A stretch of 61,952 nt of DNA, filler included, from Hausera hauseri (Eukaryota): NCBI GenBank assembly GCA_046269625.1. It is 11 parts of 11 records of this genome, joined end to end, with 100 filler letters (N's around TTAATTAATTAA, not from the genome) between each part and the next. Parts side by side here need not be neighbours in the genome. Positions count along the whole stretch, not along the records: positions 23,474 to 28,421 come from JBJURY010382813.1; positions 28,522 to 34,870 come from JBJURY010109431.1; positions 34,971 to 39,917 come from JBJURY010383480.1; 8 more parts are not named here. One strand, given 5' to 3'. The translations under genes and the position numbers were made by a program. This document shows positions 23,474 to 37,899 of this stretch, piece after piece (position 1 is the stretch's first letter; every line of letters starts with the position of its first letter). Below the pieces are notes generated by a model. The model was given only the letters and a program-made list of their open reading frames with translations, did no database searches and had not been told where the DNA came from.

Positions 23474-24984
23474 GACCTGCTGTCAAACCATTTCACAACG
23501 CAAACCCCACTTTCAGTATCAATTAGCATGTCTGATTCACCACGACGTAATTCCTTATCGGACTTGAATGAGCATTTGGACAATCGATTATAATTGATTG
23601 TACCTATAAAAAAATCTGCCGTTCTCTTAATTTTTTCAACAAGGGCATTGTAGTGTAAAAATGGTTACAGTAAAAAAAATTTTCCGTTGTTGGACGAGTT
23701 TCACAAAGCTTGCACACAACATCTGCACAGTAGTCCAGGGAGTGTTGCGGACTTTCAAACTTATCAGATTAAATATGAAAATCATAGATTAACCCAGTTT
23801 TGCCGTAAAGTACAATGTCTTTGTATCCCCATTTAGTAGGTTTGTTAGACAAATATTGTTTCATACGACTTCTTTTGTGGAACTTTATCGTTTGTTCATC
23901 AACGCACTGAGCTGTTTTTGATCCGATTGCTCTACAGTTATTGCGCACATGATCGAGTAATGGATGAACCTTGAACAACGGATCATATCCATCTTCACTA
24001 GATCTTTTCGAATTCATGTTGTCATTAATGTGAAAATTTCTTTATTTTCTCAAATCGTTTTATAATCCCATTATATAGGCGATCTCATTGAAACGCATAT
24101 GCTAGTTCCAATATAATCTGAGATGGAAACTAAGCCGCACCAGATAGGAAAAAAATTGCAATAAAATTTTCTATTTCCGCACCTGTGCGAGCAATTGAGT
24201 CACCAGTTTCCTGAACAGAATGAAGGTTTGTTTGATCAGTCAAAACTTTAATCATTATGGTTTCAAAAATATTGAGAAGTATTCATGAGGTAAATCCGTA
24301 TTTTGTGGTTCCGTAAAGCTGTCTGTAGGCTCTTTATCAGGAAATTTTTGCTGAAAGTGTCTACGCCACTTTATGCTTTTTTCAGCGCCATTAGCTACAG
24401 AACCTTCCTCACCTGAAGTTTATTCAGGTATATCTGAATTAGTCTCCTCTGATACAGATTCACTTTCTGATACATCTCCGTTGATCTTTTTAATAGCCCA
24501 AAACTTAAAAGTAATCATCTTGAAAATACAATGATATTTTCAATGTAAGAAATATGTATTGATCCACTATCGCCAAAGATGTAAAAACAAATGCTAATAA
24601 TAGAGATCAAATAATGATGGTTGAATATTAGGACATTGTTACCATATGGCAACAAATATTAATTTTCTATATCTAAATCATTCGAATCTAATTTTTGCCT
24701 ACTAATCAATATTAACCTACATTTAATCTTTTCTGAAACATCAAAAAATCGATGGACGTTACCAGACTTAGACATAATAGCTTTCTACTTTGATATAGCA
24801 CTTTTCGCGGGCCGTTATTTCGGCCCCACCTTACAATTATGCTATAGAATACAAAATCCAATTTTTTGTGTATGGTTGCGCGCAATCATGTCCTACATGC
24901 AGTTCACGTCTCACGTGACTGCAGTGAGTTAGGCAGACAAATTTTATGTTTTGTTGCCATATGGCATCAATGTCCTTGAAAGGG
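23474..24984 (-). mobile_element. piggyBac transposon remnant with one intact end
   Basis: DPLFKV...VDEQ...KQY..NKPTKWGYK and CNHFYT motifs. TTAA|CCC terminus at 24984-24988. Confidence 0.88.
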
Positions 24985-25801
24985 TTAAAAGAACATAAGT
25001 TAGCAAAAATGTACGAAAATATGTTTAAAGTTTAAAACCCCTAAATGTAGTTGGGGTGTAGAATTGAACAAGTGCTAAATGCTGTCACGTCTAAAATATC
25101 CTATTTTGTTATTTTGATTTCGTTGTCAAAACGTTTTTTCACATTATTAATCATCATTATATTATTCACGTCCCTCTGACTATTTGTTAGAAAAAACCCA
25201 GATTTACAGTAAAATTCGTTTAATTGTTAGAATGGGCCCATTATTTGCACGTTCAATATTGATTATTTTACCCAATCATATGGGAAAACCGAAACTTATA
25301 TATTCAAATGAAATTGAGTATTTTTATACTACCATTAGGACAAACCCTCAAAATAATCGGAATATCCCTAGCACAATTAAAATGTACATTATACCATTAC
25401 ATATTGATCTAACAATGAAACCGCCATAGTTCGTCAACATTAGATGACGTCGGAATGATGTTTGATGCGGTTGTGGCGCTATATAAGATGTAAGAGATGT
25501 TTTAAGATGTCATAATGACTTCCGCTTTGTAATTTGTTCGTATTATGAGTAACTTTGAAATATTCCGGTAATGCTCAATCATAATAAAGCAATTTGCAGT
25601 ACTTTTAAATGTGACGATTAATTAATTTTAGATAATTCACGCATTACAGCCTATTAATTGTTACGGTATTGTCAAGGAAAGTGATTTAATCAAGAAATTA
25701 AAGGACAGTACTTTGATTAAATGACATTTTGTATGCGAAATATTTTCTTCGTATAATAACAAAGGCATGCTAAAACATCTCTAAATTAGAGGATCGGAAC
25801 A

Positions 25802-26340
25802 CAGGAGCGGATCCAGGATGTTTGAAGTGCCGGGAGTTATCGTTATAAAAGCGTAGCTCGAAGAGCCCAGGGGGTGGGGTTCTCTGGGAGGTTGTTGTAA
25901 CCCTCTCCCCACTAACTAGGTGCCTGTGGGAACGTTGTAAGCTCCCCCATTTGGGTCTGCGCAAAGCCCCGGCGACAAAACGATTTCGCGCATTTTATAC
26001 CCCTCAGATCGCATCCTCTGAACCATAAAATATCTTGTTGAGTATACAGTATACCATACGAAAGAACAAAGATAAAGAAGATGCATTTAGGAGCTAACAC
26101 ATGTAGGAATCCAACATTTAACTGTGTTCCGTTATGACAAAGCTAGTAACGTAGGAATTGACTACGTCACAAGAATACTAGGCTTAACATATGTGACGTC
26201 ATGGGCACCGTGGCACGTGACATATCCGTTATGGGGAGCTAGTGGAAAATTAAATATATCAGTTTATTGGATATTGGGTAGGCAGACGGACTTGCATTAC
26301 GCGGTATTACAACTTTATTCTATTGGTGGATCCGCGCTTT
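25802..26340. mobile_element. Putative non-autonomous DNA transposon (MITE)
   Basis: Imperfect terminal inverted repeats GCGGATCCA (about 25807) and TGGATCCGC (about 26327); GC-richer than the flanks. Confidence 0.4.
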
Positions 26341-26439
26341 TTTACTTTTACTCGTTGCATTGGATTAAAATTATTTTGAATATAATTATGCTTATTTACA
26401 TATAATTATCTTGAAGTGAAATTTTATACACAAATATTT

Positions 26440-26940
26440 TAGCCGAAAAGGAACAAAATTAAGATATGAGAGATGAACATTTTCAAGTTTCATTCATGAC
26501 TCATTTGCAAAGAAACTGTCACTGTTTGTAAATAGTACAATCTTCGACGTCATAATAGAACAAAGCACGAGAGACACTACAGCCAATTAGTTGGTAAAAG
26601 AGAGAACGAGAATTGTCGTCGCAAAAGCTTGTGTTTCAGAAGGTATCTGAACAGTCAGAGAATGATGTTCCAGCCCGCTTGGCCGTTGCATATTGCATTG
26701 TGAAAAATTGCAAGCCATGCTCAAATGGTCAACTTGTCAAAGAATGTATGAATGATGTGTCAATATTTTGTTCAGAGGTGCATGGTGTATTACAGAAATA
26801 CTATTGCAAGAATGGTGCAAAATTTGGGTAACAATCTGAAAGAGCATAGTACGATGTTTACTCTCGATGAAAATGAGAACGTAAATGACACAGCCCAGCT
26901 TTCCTTTACTACAGACATCTAGACATCCTTAAAAGTCAAG
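26440..26940 (+). pseudogene. hAT (Charlie/SPIN, GTF2IRD2-like) transposase remnant
   Basis: YNLRRH..TKH, AYCIVKNCKPCSNGQLVKECM, LDE...VNDTAQL. Confidence 0.75.
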
Positions 26941-27386
26941 GCCGAAGAAATTTCTGGGTACTGACGTTGTGATATCAATAATTACCATTTCGTTTGCCTT
27001 CACCGTGTAGCCATTAAAGTTTTTTTCTAATTTCCGACGCCGTACGGTAAGTGATACGAGTATAGTTTTGCCGATGGAAATGCGTTTCAACATTTTGATA
27101 GAGTTGATTCGGTCTTTGGCTCGACTGAAGATTTTTAATTAAAAACATTAAGAATCGTTGAAGACTAACATATTTACCGGTTACTCAATTTAATTTCCTT
27201 TGATATGCCATTTGAAATTTGATACCTCTATGATAAGAAATGATAAGTGAGATGTAATTTCATAGACAGTCTCAGATCTTGAATTCTCAGTATTAGCCGT
27301 ATTAACGTTAGGCGCTGTGAAGGCATCATATTGATCTTGTGTTCAAACAAGAAGACCATATAGATAAATAGTCTACGTGATTAATA

Positions 27387-28421
27387 CAGTCGTGGCCAAA
27401 AAATTAGCCTAATTTCCATAAAAGCGTTTATTTGTAATTAATACATAATGAAATACAGAAACGTCAATGATATTGTTTTAATACTTGGTATTATCACCTT
27501 TGGTCTAATAACTGACTTAATGCGCTTTGGTAATGAATCAGTAAGCTTTCTGCAATTGTCTGGAGTGATTTTTATGCACCAGATCTCCACAATAATTCTA
27601 CGAAAATCTGTGAAACTTTTGGGATTTTGAGCAGCTACAATTTTTTTGAATTCCATCCATCAATTCTTCAGAGGAATTAATTATGGACTGGAAAATGGTC
27701 AGTCTAGAAGACGAATGTTATTTGCTCGATACATGGTCTAAAACATGCTCAAACCATTACTGAGTCATGATGTTTGACTATAGGAACAGTAAATTGCGTT
27801 GACCTTTAGGTCACCTGACAGATTTCACTAGAGACGTCGCGGGTTGAATCTAAAATTCGTAACTAAATGAAACTTTAGCTTACTGCTCAGGCGACCTGTA
27901 CTTGTATTTTCTACAGAGAACAAATGTTTGCGATTCTGTAATTCACATAAGAGTGTATTTTTAGCAGGTTTTCTTGAATGTAATTCTGCATCAACCAGGC
28001 GTCGGCCATTAGTCCGAGATAAAACATGACATTCTTCTGGTAACATTAACTGAATTTCCCGGGATGATATAAATAGATTCTTCTTGAAAATTCTTATAAT
28101 GGTTCGATCGTCCCTGGCAGATGTGCATTTAATTCTTCCTGAGTTGAATTTTATGAACATTTTCCAGACAATGTCCGTAAAGAAACACTTTGAGAAATGT
28201 TTAGTCTTTTGGATATTTGACATTGCGTATACCTTTCATCTTTCAAATCTTAATGTTTGAGAGCAAAACGGAAGTCTTATCATGATGCTTACCCATCCTT
28301 GAAAAATGATTAAATTTATGCAATGTAAAGAATGACAGAAACATGAAAATAATATTATTGCAACCAAGTAACAACAAAAATTATACCTTTATATGTAAAT
28401 ACCACTTTAATATACATTCAA
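27387..28421 (-). mobile_element. Tc1-family transposon remnant
   Basis: TA|CAGTCGTGGCCAAAA terminus at 27385. GR...TSARDDR, RRL....LHSRKPAK and CRKLTDSLPKRIKSVI motifs. Confidence 0.85.
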
Positions 28422-30107
28422 NNNNNNNNNNNNNNNNNNNNNNNNNNNNNNNNNNNNNNNNNNNNTTAATTAATTAANNNNNNNNNNNNNNNNNNNNNNN
28501 NNNNNNNNNNNNNNNNNNNNNGAGAATTACACTGGCATGATCACACTCAAGTTTAGTGGTTGCCATCTTGCTAACTGTGACTGTATCACTCGGTGCTGTT
28601 TATATGCCCAAAATAATCATTGTTTATAGCTGACATATACTTTTAAATCCTTCTTTTTTCAGGTGTTATAATTGAAAGCTTTTGTTTCAACTGAGCTGTT
28701 ATAAGATTTTGCCTTAAGAGAGAAACATGCTTTTAAATCCTTCTTTTTCACATTTGAATCATTTAGTTAGGGTCTATATAAAGTGGAACTGCAATGATTT
28801 GGTCTGAATTCCTCCTTATTGCAACCCCACAAGACACTCTGTCACCCCTTTTCGGAGGTGTGTAGATCAACTCGTTTTGAGGCTGTTTCTATAAATATAT
28901 TGTGCATTCTTAATATTAAGTGAATATTTTATTATAGTTTCATGAAAAAATTGTCTAGTTATTCACAAGATATTTTGCTAACACAACATATGAAGCCACA
29001 CACAGACAAGCAAAAATTATTGACATACAGCAGCAAGTCACAATTATTCAAACTGAATCAACCATTGAAAAAAATCTCAATCCTTGAGCTCATTCATTGG
29101 ACAGCCTTTTGGTGTATTGTACTTGTGTTTATAAAGGTTGTCAATGTGTAAAACACAAAAACTGAGTGTAGCTGTGAAAAATGAAAGAAGGAATAGTGAG
29201 ACATTTTGAGAGTAGAGAGAGAATGGTCATCCCCAAATAATTTGTGCTGAACAATGAGCAGCCTCAGCCCGAGGGGTTCTGCTGAGCCTCACATCTGCTT
29301 TCAGAAACTGCACTCAAAGCAGATCCTTCACCACAGGACTGTGAAATTAAACCTCATTAAACAACACAGTAGTCAGAGGTTCCATCATGGCAACAATGAA
29401 GAAAAGGCAAAGCAGTGACTACAATACACCCAACTATTTACAACAAAATAATACCAGCTTAGTGGGCTGGCCTGTTTTAAACTGATAGCTGAAACTATAA
29501 TAAACGGGGTTTTTTCAATGGGTTTTGGGATTCAATGGTTCAAGTTGGATGCTTTTGCACTTTGAAGTAGGACGCTTAAAGAAGGCCGGCTGTTCACTGG
29601 AGCAAACAAATGCCTTGCCCCCTCAAATCAAATCCACCAAAAAATGGACAAGTTTTCTCTCATCTCTGCTTCCTTCGCTCAGTGCTGTGTGTCAGGCTGT
29701 CTGTCTGCAGGCAGCAGAGACCTGCTTTCTCAGTAAACAACCGATCACTCTTTAGTATGCAAATAAGCTGAGCCTGCCTGAACCCTCTGGTGCCAAATTT
29801 CACTCTGCCTCTCACGAGGCAGGAGGAGCTGGACCAGAACTACCTGCTGCTCAGTCAGGATTAATATTGAAGCTGTCCAGCCTCTAGGTCTGCATGTTGT
29901 TCTGAGGACAATTACAGTAATTTTTACAAATTTTCGACTCATTTTCCACTCAGGCAGCTTTCAGCGGCTCATAAAGAGTTACGAGTGGGGGCTGAATAGC
30001 TGAAATGTAATTAAATATATGTAATAAGAACATATCACCCACATGTAGATAGGCTTTAGCATGTATGAAAATACAAAAGAGTCAGAAAGCAGTGTATGTT
30101 ATGCATA

Positions 30108-33100
30108 CACACAAAAAAATAAAGGTCAACTTTTGTACCTAAAAGGTACTTATATCAGGAAAGTTCCATCCAAGTACAGAGATGGACCCTTGGGTGATTT
30201 AATGTGGACCTTCAGAGGTACAAAATCACTGATCAGAGCAAATGGTACAAAATTGTACCAGTAGGAGTCAGTGTTGGGTGGGGCATTTCCCTTGAGACAG
30301 AAAAGGCGCCAGGAATGTAAAATGGCGGATCGTCCGGTTGTACACAGCCTCTCCACCGAATAAATAAATATTTGAAACTGGAATCCAGCAATGAAGAAAA
30401 GGCAAATAAGTTCAAGGGTGAGTAAACCGACTTATTATGTTCATAGTCCAACTCAATCTCTATTAATTTAAGATTGACGTCAAATGCTAACAGTTGCCTA
30501 GCTAGCATGTTTGTGTACAGCGCATTAGCCATTTTTACTCCTATTTCAGAATATTAATATTTTAGTGAAGTACCGTCCTGTTTTGCGTTTATAAGTACCT
30601 TATTTGGTTTTCGTATTTGATGTGCACTCGCTTAAAGCTTCCTAGCTCAGCTACACCATTTATCAAAATCAAGCAAAAAACACTGCCAAGTTCTCGAAGC
30701 TGTATTTATAGCTTGTTGTTTAGATTCCGAATTATTATCAGCATTGTGTTTTTATAGCATTCAAATTCACTATACCGCTAATGTTAACCATGTTAATTTA
30801 TAAGTTTGTCACTATAAATAAAAATATGCAAATTAGCTCCACAGTTGGATTGGGCTTTGTATGCAAAATTAAACTAAAATGTTTTAAACTTGGTGTACAT
30901 GGGCACTGTCTTTAGCATGGAACCCTACTGAGCTAATGGCAGAGACCTTGTTGTTAGCCGAGCCCTTTTTTACCGTCGGAAGGCTTGCAGCCCTGGTTAG
31001 CAGGGGTTTGTGTGAGCGGGACGTGAAGCGGGTTTGTGCGCGCAGAGACAGGCGGTCCTGGCGGGATGGTACGGTTCTCCTCTTTATATTATGCAAAGTG
31101 GCTCTTTTTATGTATACTAGACTCGAACTGAGCTTTGCTAGTACAGTCACCGGTTTTTATGAGGTTCTCACCGAGAACAGGACGCAAAGCGAAGCACGCC
31201 GAGAGAGCTCCAACACACCCCGACTTTGGTGAGAGTTTCGTCAGAACCAAGCACCGAAGGCTGGGGCTTGGTGCATGGAGCTCCTCCGGTGTGCTCCGTT
31301 CCTCCGTCCGCACCGTGTACATCACAATGCACTTAATTTAACTTAATTGTGAGCTTAATCTCTCTCTCTCTCTCTGTATGGATGTGTGTGTGTTTCTTGG
31401 TAGAAAGGGATGTCGATGGAGAAAATAGATTGTGGACTGACAGAAACCATGGCTCAAAGTTTCAACAGCCAGTAAGGACCACCAGTGCCAGTGGAGGTCT
31501 ACTGTGATCTACTTCCAAACTACAGCTCCAGTGTCTGCTATCCTCTTACACAAGGCAAGTGTGTCTTAAAACTGTCTTTGAATGAATGTGTTCAGATATC
31601 TTATTCAATGCTTATTGTAAATATAAATATAAGCATGGAACCTTGAGTTTTATATATTCTGTTTGTATATGTGGTTCAGAATCAATTAAAATTCAACAAG
31701 TAGATAATTCTGGCATGTATTTCTGAAACGAATGGAGGTATAATGGTAAGGTGGAGTTCTGTGGAGTTCCCTAGGATTATTGTACACATTTTTATTTATT
31801 GTTGGGGGTTACACACTCATTTCCATATTAATGGGTTTCATTTCATTCTCTTTAACTTGGCATTTGCTGAGAATATTTATTTTGTTTATCCTTAACTTTA
31901 TCTTACATATCTGATATTTATTGGTCAGCTTATAAACAGAACAGTGAATAGTCCCAAAATTAATGCATTATACATGATTATTTACAATAGGTAAATTGAG
32001 TATAAATAGAACTGATAGAAACAATATACATTAATTTAAGAGTGAAACTATGATGTCACAGTCTCCCCAAACTTCACAATAAACTAGTCAGAGATGAAAT
32101 TATGTCACAATACACCCTACAAATAGCAGTTTAAATAGTATTGTTGTCTTATATGTGTGTGTGTTTAAAAAAAACTAAAGAAGACATACATTTCTGTCTT
32201 TGGGTCTTAGGTATCCAACCAATGTGGAGTATACTCAAGTTTCCGACTCTGATCATAAAATACATTTTCCTGAGAGACATGGAGAGGAATGGATGTGTAT
32301 ATCTTTCTAATTGTTGGCCTGAATATATCTATATGTCTGTAAAGGCTCTGTCCTCCAGGTAGTTTTCATCTAAGTGAAAAAATTGAATTATCAACTGGAC
32401 TATGGAGGACTAAAACTTACATAATTAAAAAACCCAAAATAAATAAATGGACCAATAAATATATGTAATGCACAAATAAATTCACAAAAGGAGAACTTTA
32501 CCTAATGTTTTTCAATATAATTCACCTTCATATATTTTTTTCCAGCTTAGTACCAATAAATTTCACATTTTAGCACATAATTAAAATTTTACTGCTTTTA
32601 AAAATATATGTTTTTTTCCTTTTACTTATAAATGCATTTGTGTCACTCAAAGCTTGTTATTAAGATAATTTTATTGTTTTTCCCCCTCAAGTCTTTTTAT
32701 TTCAATACATTGTTATTACATTTCTCTGTCTCTTACTTTACTGCATTTCTGACTTGAGCAAATAAGGTGGGCAGTTCTTCTTGGGTTACCTCCTCTACTA
32801 TTTGTCAACAGACAGGAAGGAGCATGATCTACTCATGGATCCCGCTCCTTCCTGTCTGACCAATACTTTTAAGAGACACAAATGCAACTATAACTAAAAG
32901 GGAAAACAAAAAGGTATATTTAAAAAAAACAGTAAAATTTTATTTATAAGCTAGAACATAAAATTTGATGGAGCACAGTCATCTTGCTAATAAACGTGAA
33001 AATAGATCTGCTGTAGTTGTATTCTGTAATCTATGTTTTATTTATTTTATTGTTTATTCAATTTTTTTTTTTTTTGCATTTGAGGAATCGACTCATGGGC

Positions 33101-34795
33101 TGGGCTCATCGTTTTTCCATCCATCTTCAGAGAGAAGATTGAACACTACATCACTTTGGTAGAGGTAGGCATCTTAACTACAGTAAGATCTTGTTCAAAT
33201 AAGTAAAGAGGGAAAGGGAAGATAACCAGAATAAGGATTTTTTTTGTTTGATATTTTGCACCCAATTTAATATATTTTAAGTTGTATTGCTCAATATTTT
33301 AAATCTGTAACTTAACACTAAGATCTTTACATTATTTTAGATAAATTAATTGGTACAATATTAATTGATTTATTTTTATTTTTTTTAATTTATACAGAAG
33401 GATTCTGCTACACCCTTTCCAACAAACCAACTCATGGATAAAGAGTAGAAGATGGTGATGACCAGTGCCGGGCTCAGTGTGGTGAAAGCAGATGGAGTAG
33501 ATGTGTACCACTGCATGAGTCTTGATGAAGCCTTTATAACAGCTTTCAGTATGTACTTTGTTTTCAGCTTTGCTCACCACACCTAAAAACACCCTGATCT
33601 TTCTTCAGAGGCACATTGTGGTAGAGCCACGTGCTCCTGATCCTCAAATATTTGAGCCAAATTTAGAGGCACTACTTGTGGAAATGAGAGATAATCTGTT
33701 CTGTTTTGTTCTTATATGCAGAGAGAAAAATGTTTACATTTATCAATTCAACAGGAGATAACTGATATTCAATCTTTTCAATGAAAATTATGATGAATTT
33801 ATTGCTTATCTTGAAAAAGTGGTTTTGATGTTTCAAAATGTTCTGAACTTGAGCAAGTTCTACATTCGTCTGATTTCTTTGTCAAGCCTGTAAGGCTGTT
33901 CGTTCCCCATATTAAAGAACGTTGCAACGCCAAGATGGACTATACAGAACCTGTACACTATGTGGGAGCACATGAAGGACTTATTCTTATGTTCTTACAT
34001 GTGATGTTTTGCAGAAGTTCTCATGAATATGTCTGGGATGAAATACTATCTGAAACAAATTAAATCAAAGATAAAGATACTCTGGCAAATTAAGGATTAA
34101 CTGTTTTTCAAGGAGCATCCAAATGATTTAAGGGTTTATTTATATGAAGATGAATTTGAAATTGTTCACATTTTAGGATTAAAGAGAACCAAAGAAGTTG
34201 TTAGAATTTTACTACACCATTGATGACAGTTTCTATGTTGGATTAAGATGTTCCACATAAACAATTCTTCAGATTTTGCAAGGGTATAGGACTGTATAAT
34301 GATAGACAATCTGCTTGTAACACTACATGTTTCTTTGATTCAGCTCTATATTGTTTAGCTTTTAAGTTAAAGACAAATGTTTTAGAACATTATTAAAATA
34401 GATTGAGAATGGACATGTTCACATTTATGTTTTGATCTTGTTTTAAACTGAATGGACAGATTTAAAATGAAGGAATTTTGCTAAATAAAGAATGTTTTTG
34501 CAAATTTATGGGTTTGTTTTTGTCTCTTAAAGGTACAATTTGCCTTGTCGCTCCAGCTGTACCTCAGTGGGTACATAATTTGTACCTTTTTAATAGGTAC
34601 AGTTTTGTACCTGTACATAAAGGTACATATTTGTCACTAGAGGTACATAAATGTTCTTTCAAAGGTACAGACAATAAGGTACAAAATTGTTCCTAGGTTA
34701 GGAGGTACAATATTGTCCTCCACGAGGGTACAGCTGGGGCGACAAAGCCTTTGTACCTTTTTAGGTCCATATCTGTCCCTCTATTTTTTTGTGTG
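30108..34795 (+). mobile_element. EnSpm/CACTA-type DNA transposon, decayed, of the kind seen in teleost genomes
   Basis: Imperfect TIRs CACACAAAAAAATA(A/G)AGG at both ends and subterminal AAAGGTACA/TGTACCT arrays. Remnant motifs LYEDEFEIV..LG (about 34140) and AFSMYFVF...NTLIFLQR (about 33540-33610). Confidence 0.7.
31359..31393. repeat. (TC)n and (TG)n microsatellites
   Basis: Direct reading. Confidence 0.8.
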
Positions 34796-35839
34796 TGGAG
34801 TCAGAGATGAAGGTAGGAACAAACCTGTTTGTTGACGTGTGCTGCAGTTTCCTGTGTCATTTAACCTTTTNNNNNNNNNNNNNNNNNNNNNNNNNNNNNN
34901 NNNNNNNNNNNNNNTTAATTAATTAANNNNNNNNNNNNNNNNNNNNNNNNNNNNNNNNNNNNNNNNNNNNCAATTAATTATTAGGAAAGAGGGGCGTCGT
35001 ACAGTGTGATTTTGATGACGTAGACGAACAACGAAAACTATGGAAACTCGTCCCGCGTAAGTCCTTGGTTACCGAAGCACACGTGCCGCGCCGCGCCACA
35101 TGGTTATCACTGCTCATTGAGCAACATGAGGTTACCCCGGAAGGTGGTCCAGAATCAGCATTTTCCTCCTCTATAACGAAATTTTTAAATTGTTTGAATG
35201 TACAGTGATCAAAAGTCATGAACACTGTACTTTAAAAATTTAATTTCCACTATTTCTGCTGACAAATAAAACCCTGCTTTCGTCTATAAAAATTAATTTT
35301 CGTCAAAAGTCCTAAGGTATTTTGGACCATTTCCATGAAAAAGCCAAATTCATTTGCCTGTGTCGTTTAGTCACGAGCGGCTTAACCGTCTTGAACTTTG
35401 ATCAGAACCCAGATTTTTAAAAATAATTTCCAATAGTTTCCGTTGAAAATTCCTTTGAAAATGTTTCAGTTACATATGCTTTCAATTGAACAGCTGTAAT
35501 CAGTGGATTACTCCGGAGACGCAATATCAATGAACGTTGTTTGCTCAATGTCAACTTTGGTTTTCTACCACAATTTTACATCCCGTTACCAATATCTCCT
35601 GTATTCGTGTTCTGCTCATGATTTTAGCAACAATGATATTAATGAAATTGAAACAAATTTGTTGGTTAAAACAATATTAAGTGTATGAAATGTCACATTT
35701 AAAGCCGCTGACTTTGAGAAATAGCATATTGCATTAATGATAAATATATATTTTTATGATTTATGAAGTTTTGTTTATAGCGTTCCCAACTATTGTCTCG
35801 GTCACTGTAGTCTATGCGTTGATAAATACACAATAATTT

Positions 35840-36330
35840 TACAGAATACATTTCGACAAACAGCGAATGAAGAGAATAGAATCATAATCAACCTTCACAA
35901 TGATGTCCAGTTATACCGAAATATTTCAAAAATAATCGGTAAATTGTCGACAGCAGTCATTAAAATCGTGAAAACTGACTATGATCATAATAGACTATTT
36001 CGTTTACCATGATCCGGACGACCAAGAATCACGACAAAACGGGTCGATAGGCGGATTTCTGACATTTCAAGAGCAGATAATTACTTATCGGTTCCAAAAA
36101 TTCAAGGAAAGTTAAGCGAAGAGAATAAAACTGCACCATCAACATCAATCATTCGTGGTCAATTGCGTAAATATGTCACATGGCCGAGTCGCTCGTAATC
36201 TACCATACATTAGTCCCATAAATATACGAAAAAGAATGGATTTTTACCACTGCCATGTTCTTAAGACTCCAGATTTTTGCGTTTCAATGGAAAACAAAGT
36301 GGTGTCAACATACTTTTGACACACACTTGT
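35840..36330 (+). mobile_element. Internally deleted Tc1-like transposon (HTH region plus terminal repeat-like end)
   Basis: SGRPRITTKRVDRRI...GRVARNLPYIS..NIRKR, then TACTTTTGACACACACT near 36311-36328. Confidence 0.65.
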
Positions 36331-37899
36331 TGTGCCGACCAATAATCCAGTCCGATCTTCAACTTTGGACAGTTTTACCGTTAGATCACCGATTAGAGAT
36401 CGGTACTAACTGTGCATTTCAGTCGTCAATGATTAAACTCCTTCCACACCATTTGAATTATTATGAATTTGAGAGTCGTATTCGTCGACAAATTATCAAT
36501 CATTCGTTTTATGTTTCTCGATGCTGTACCTGTACTCTTTTATTTTTTTATTTCTGTAATTTGACTATTATTGATTGAAAAACAGGTACATATGAATCTT
36601 GTAAACAAATATTCATTGAGTTCTGTAAATTTACCTTTTTAGTCAAACAATTTTAATAGAAATTACAAATAGATGGTGTGAAATATTTTATTTAAAACAT
36701 CTTGTCATGTTTAAGACGTTGATGTACGACGTTGTGTAGGCACCATTTGACTCGCCCACTTTTGCTCGTTTTGCCTAGGATTGGAACAATAAATTTCTGG
36801 AAAGAGCAGAACATTTTTCTAAGGTTGACCAGCCCATAGTTTTTCAATGTCACAAAAGACCTCCAAAAGCCTATAATTGGCTAGGCATCTTATAATCAAG
36901 ATTAAATGAAGCCAAGAAACAAAGGAGATCATTAAGAAATGGAATAACGATTGACAAGATTGTAGATTGACAATGAGAAAAATACCGGGTGATAACGTAA
37001 ATAATTTTGACCATGAAGGTGTTGAAGCAACCTTCGAGATATCTTTTGATAACATAGCCGAAGCTGATACACCAAACAACAAATTACTTGCTGACATTTG
37101 TAGGAAAGGTTTAAGAGAATTTGATTACGCTATGAAAAGTTTAAATTTTATCAAGCTCTTCGTTTCTGTGTTCTAAACTCATTGTTTATTTTCATCATTT
37201 TTAATATCCCTGAAATTATTTTTTATTCAATACTCAAAATCGGATTTCCAGGAATTCTTCAGACTTGTAGTGATAATTATGCCGATTTTCTTTTTTATAC
37301 TTCTGTGCCATACAATTTTTACATAAAGAGCCGAAATTAAAGCAATTCGCAATACTAAATAGACATTGAAACGGATAATTTCCAGCAATGTAGAACATTC
37401 AAATGGTGACATATCTCATTTAGAGTGAACATAAAAGTCGTTCAGTGAAACTTTATCTGCCAGTGCCTTTAAAGAATCTTTTTTATATTTTCTACATTTA
37501 GTTCTATAATTCTGAATTGCAATTTTCTGCTTTTATGGAATAAAACATTCTCATAAATGTACTATCATTTTACAAAGCACCTATAGGAAAGTATTTATTT
37601 CAATCTCTGTTATATTTTAGATAATTATTAAAGTTATTGAACGATTTATTTTCTTATTTTCAATTTTTTTGTGAAATACAAACGTGTTTAGCACATTGGT
37701 TTTCGTATGAAAAGGTATTGACGCCTTGTACAGAAAATTGTAAGATATTGGTTACTGTGAATTTAAAAAATATAAAGTTTAAAATTGTTGCTCCTATTGT
37801 TGAAATCGTCATTATTGTTGTGATCACGGTTTGTTGATAGAATTACGCCAAATCCCGGAAATAACCATAAAACTACATTGGCCAACTGCTTTTCGCTAT

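Noticed and set aside
36620-37640. Possible intron-containing host gene remnant on the minus strand
   Set aside because: Some splice-like signals, but frames contain stops and no family is recognisable.
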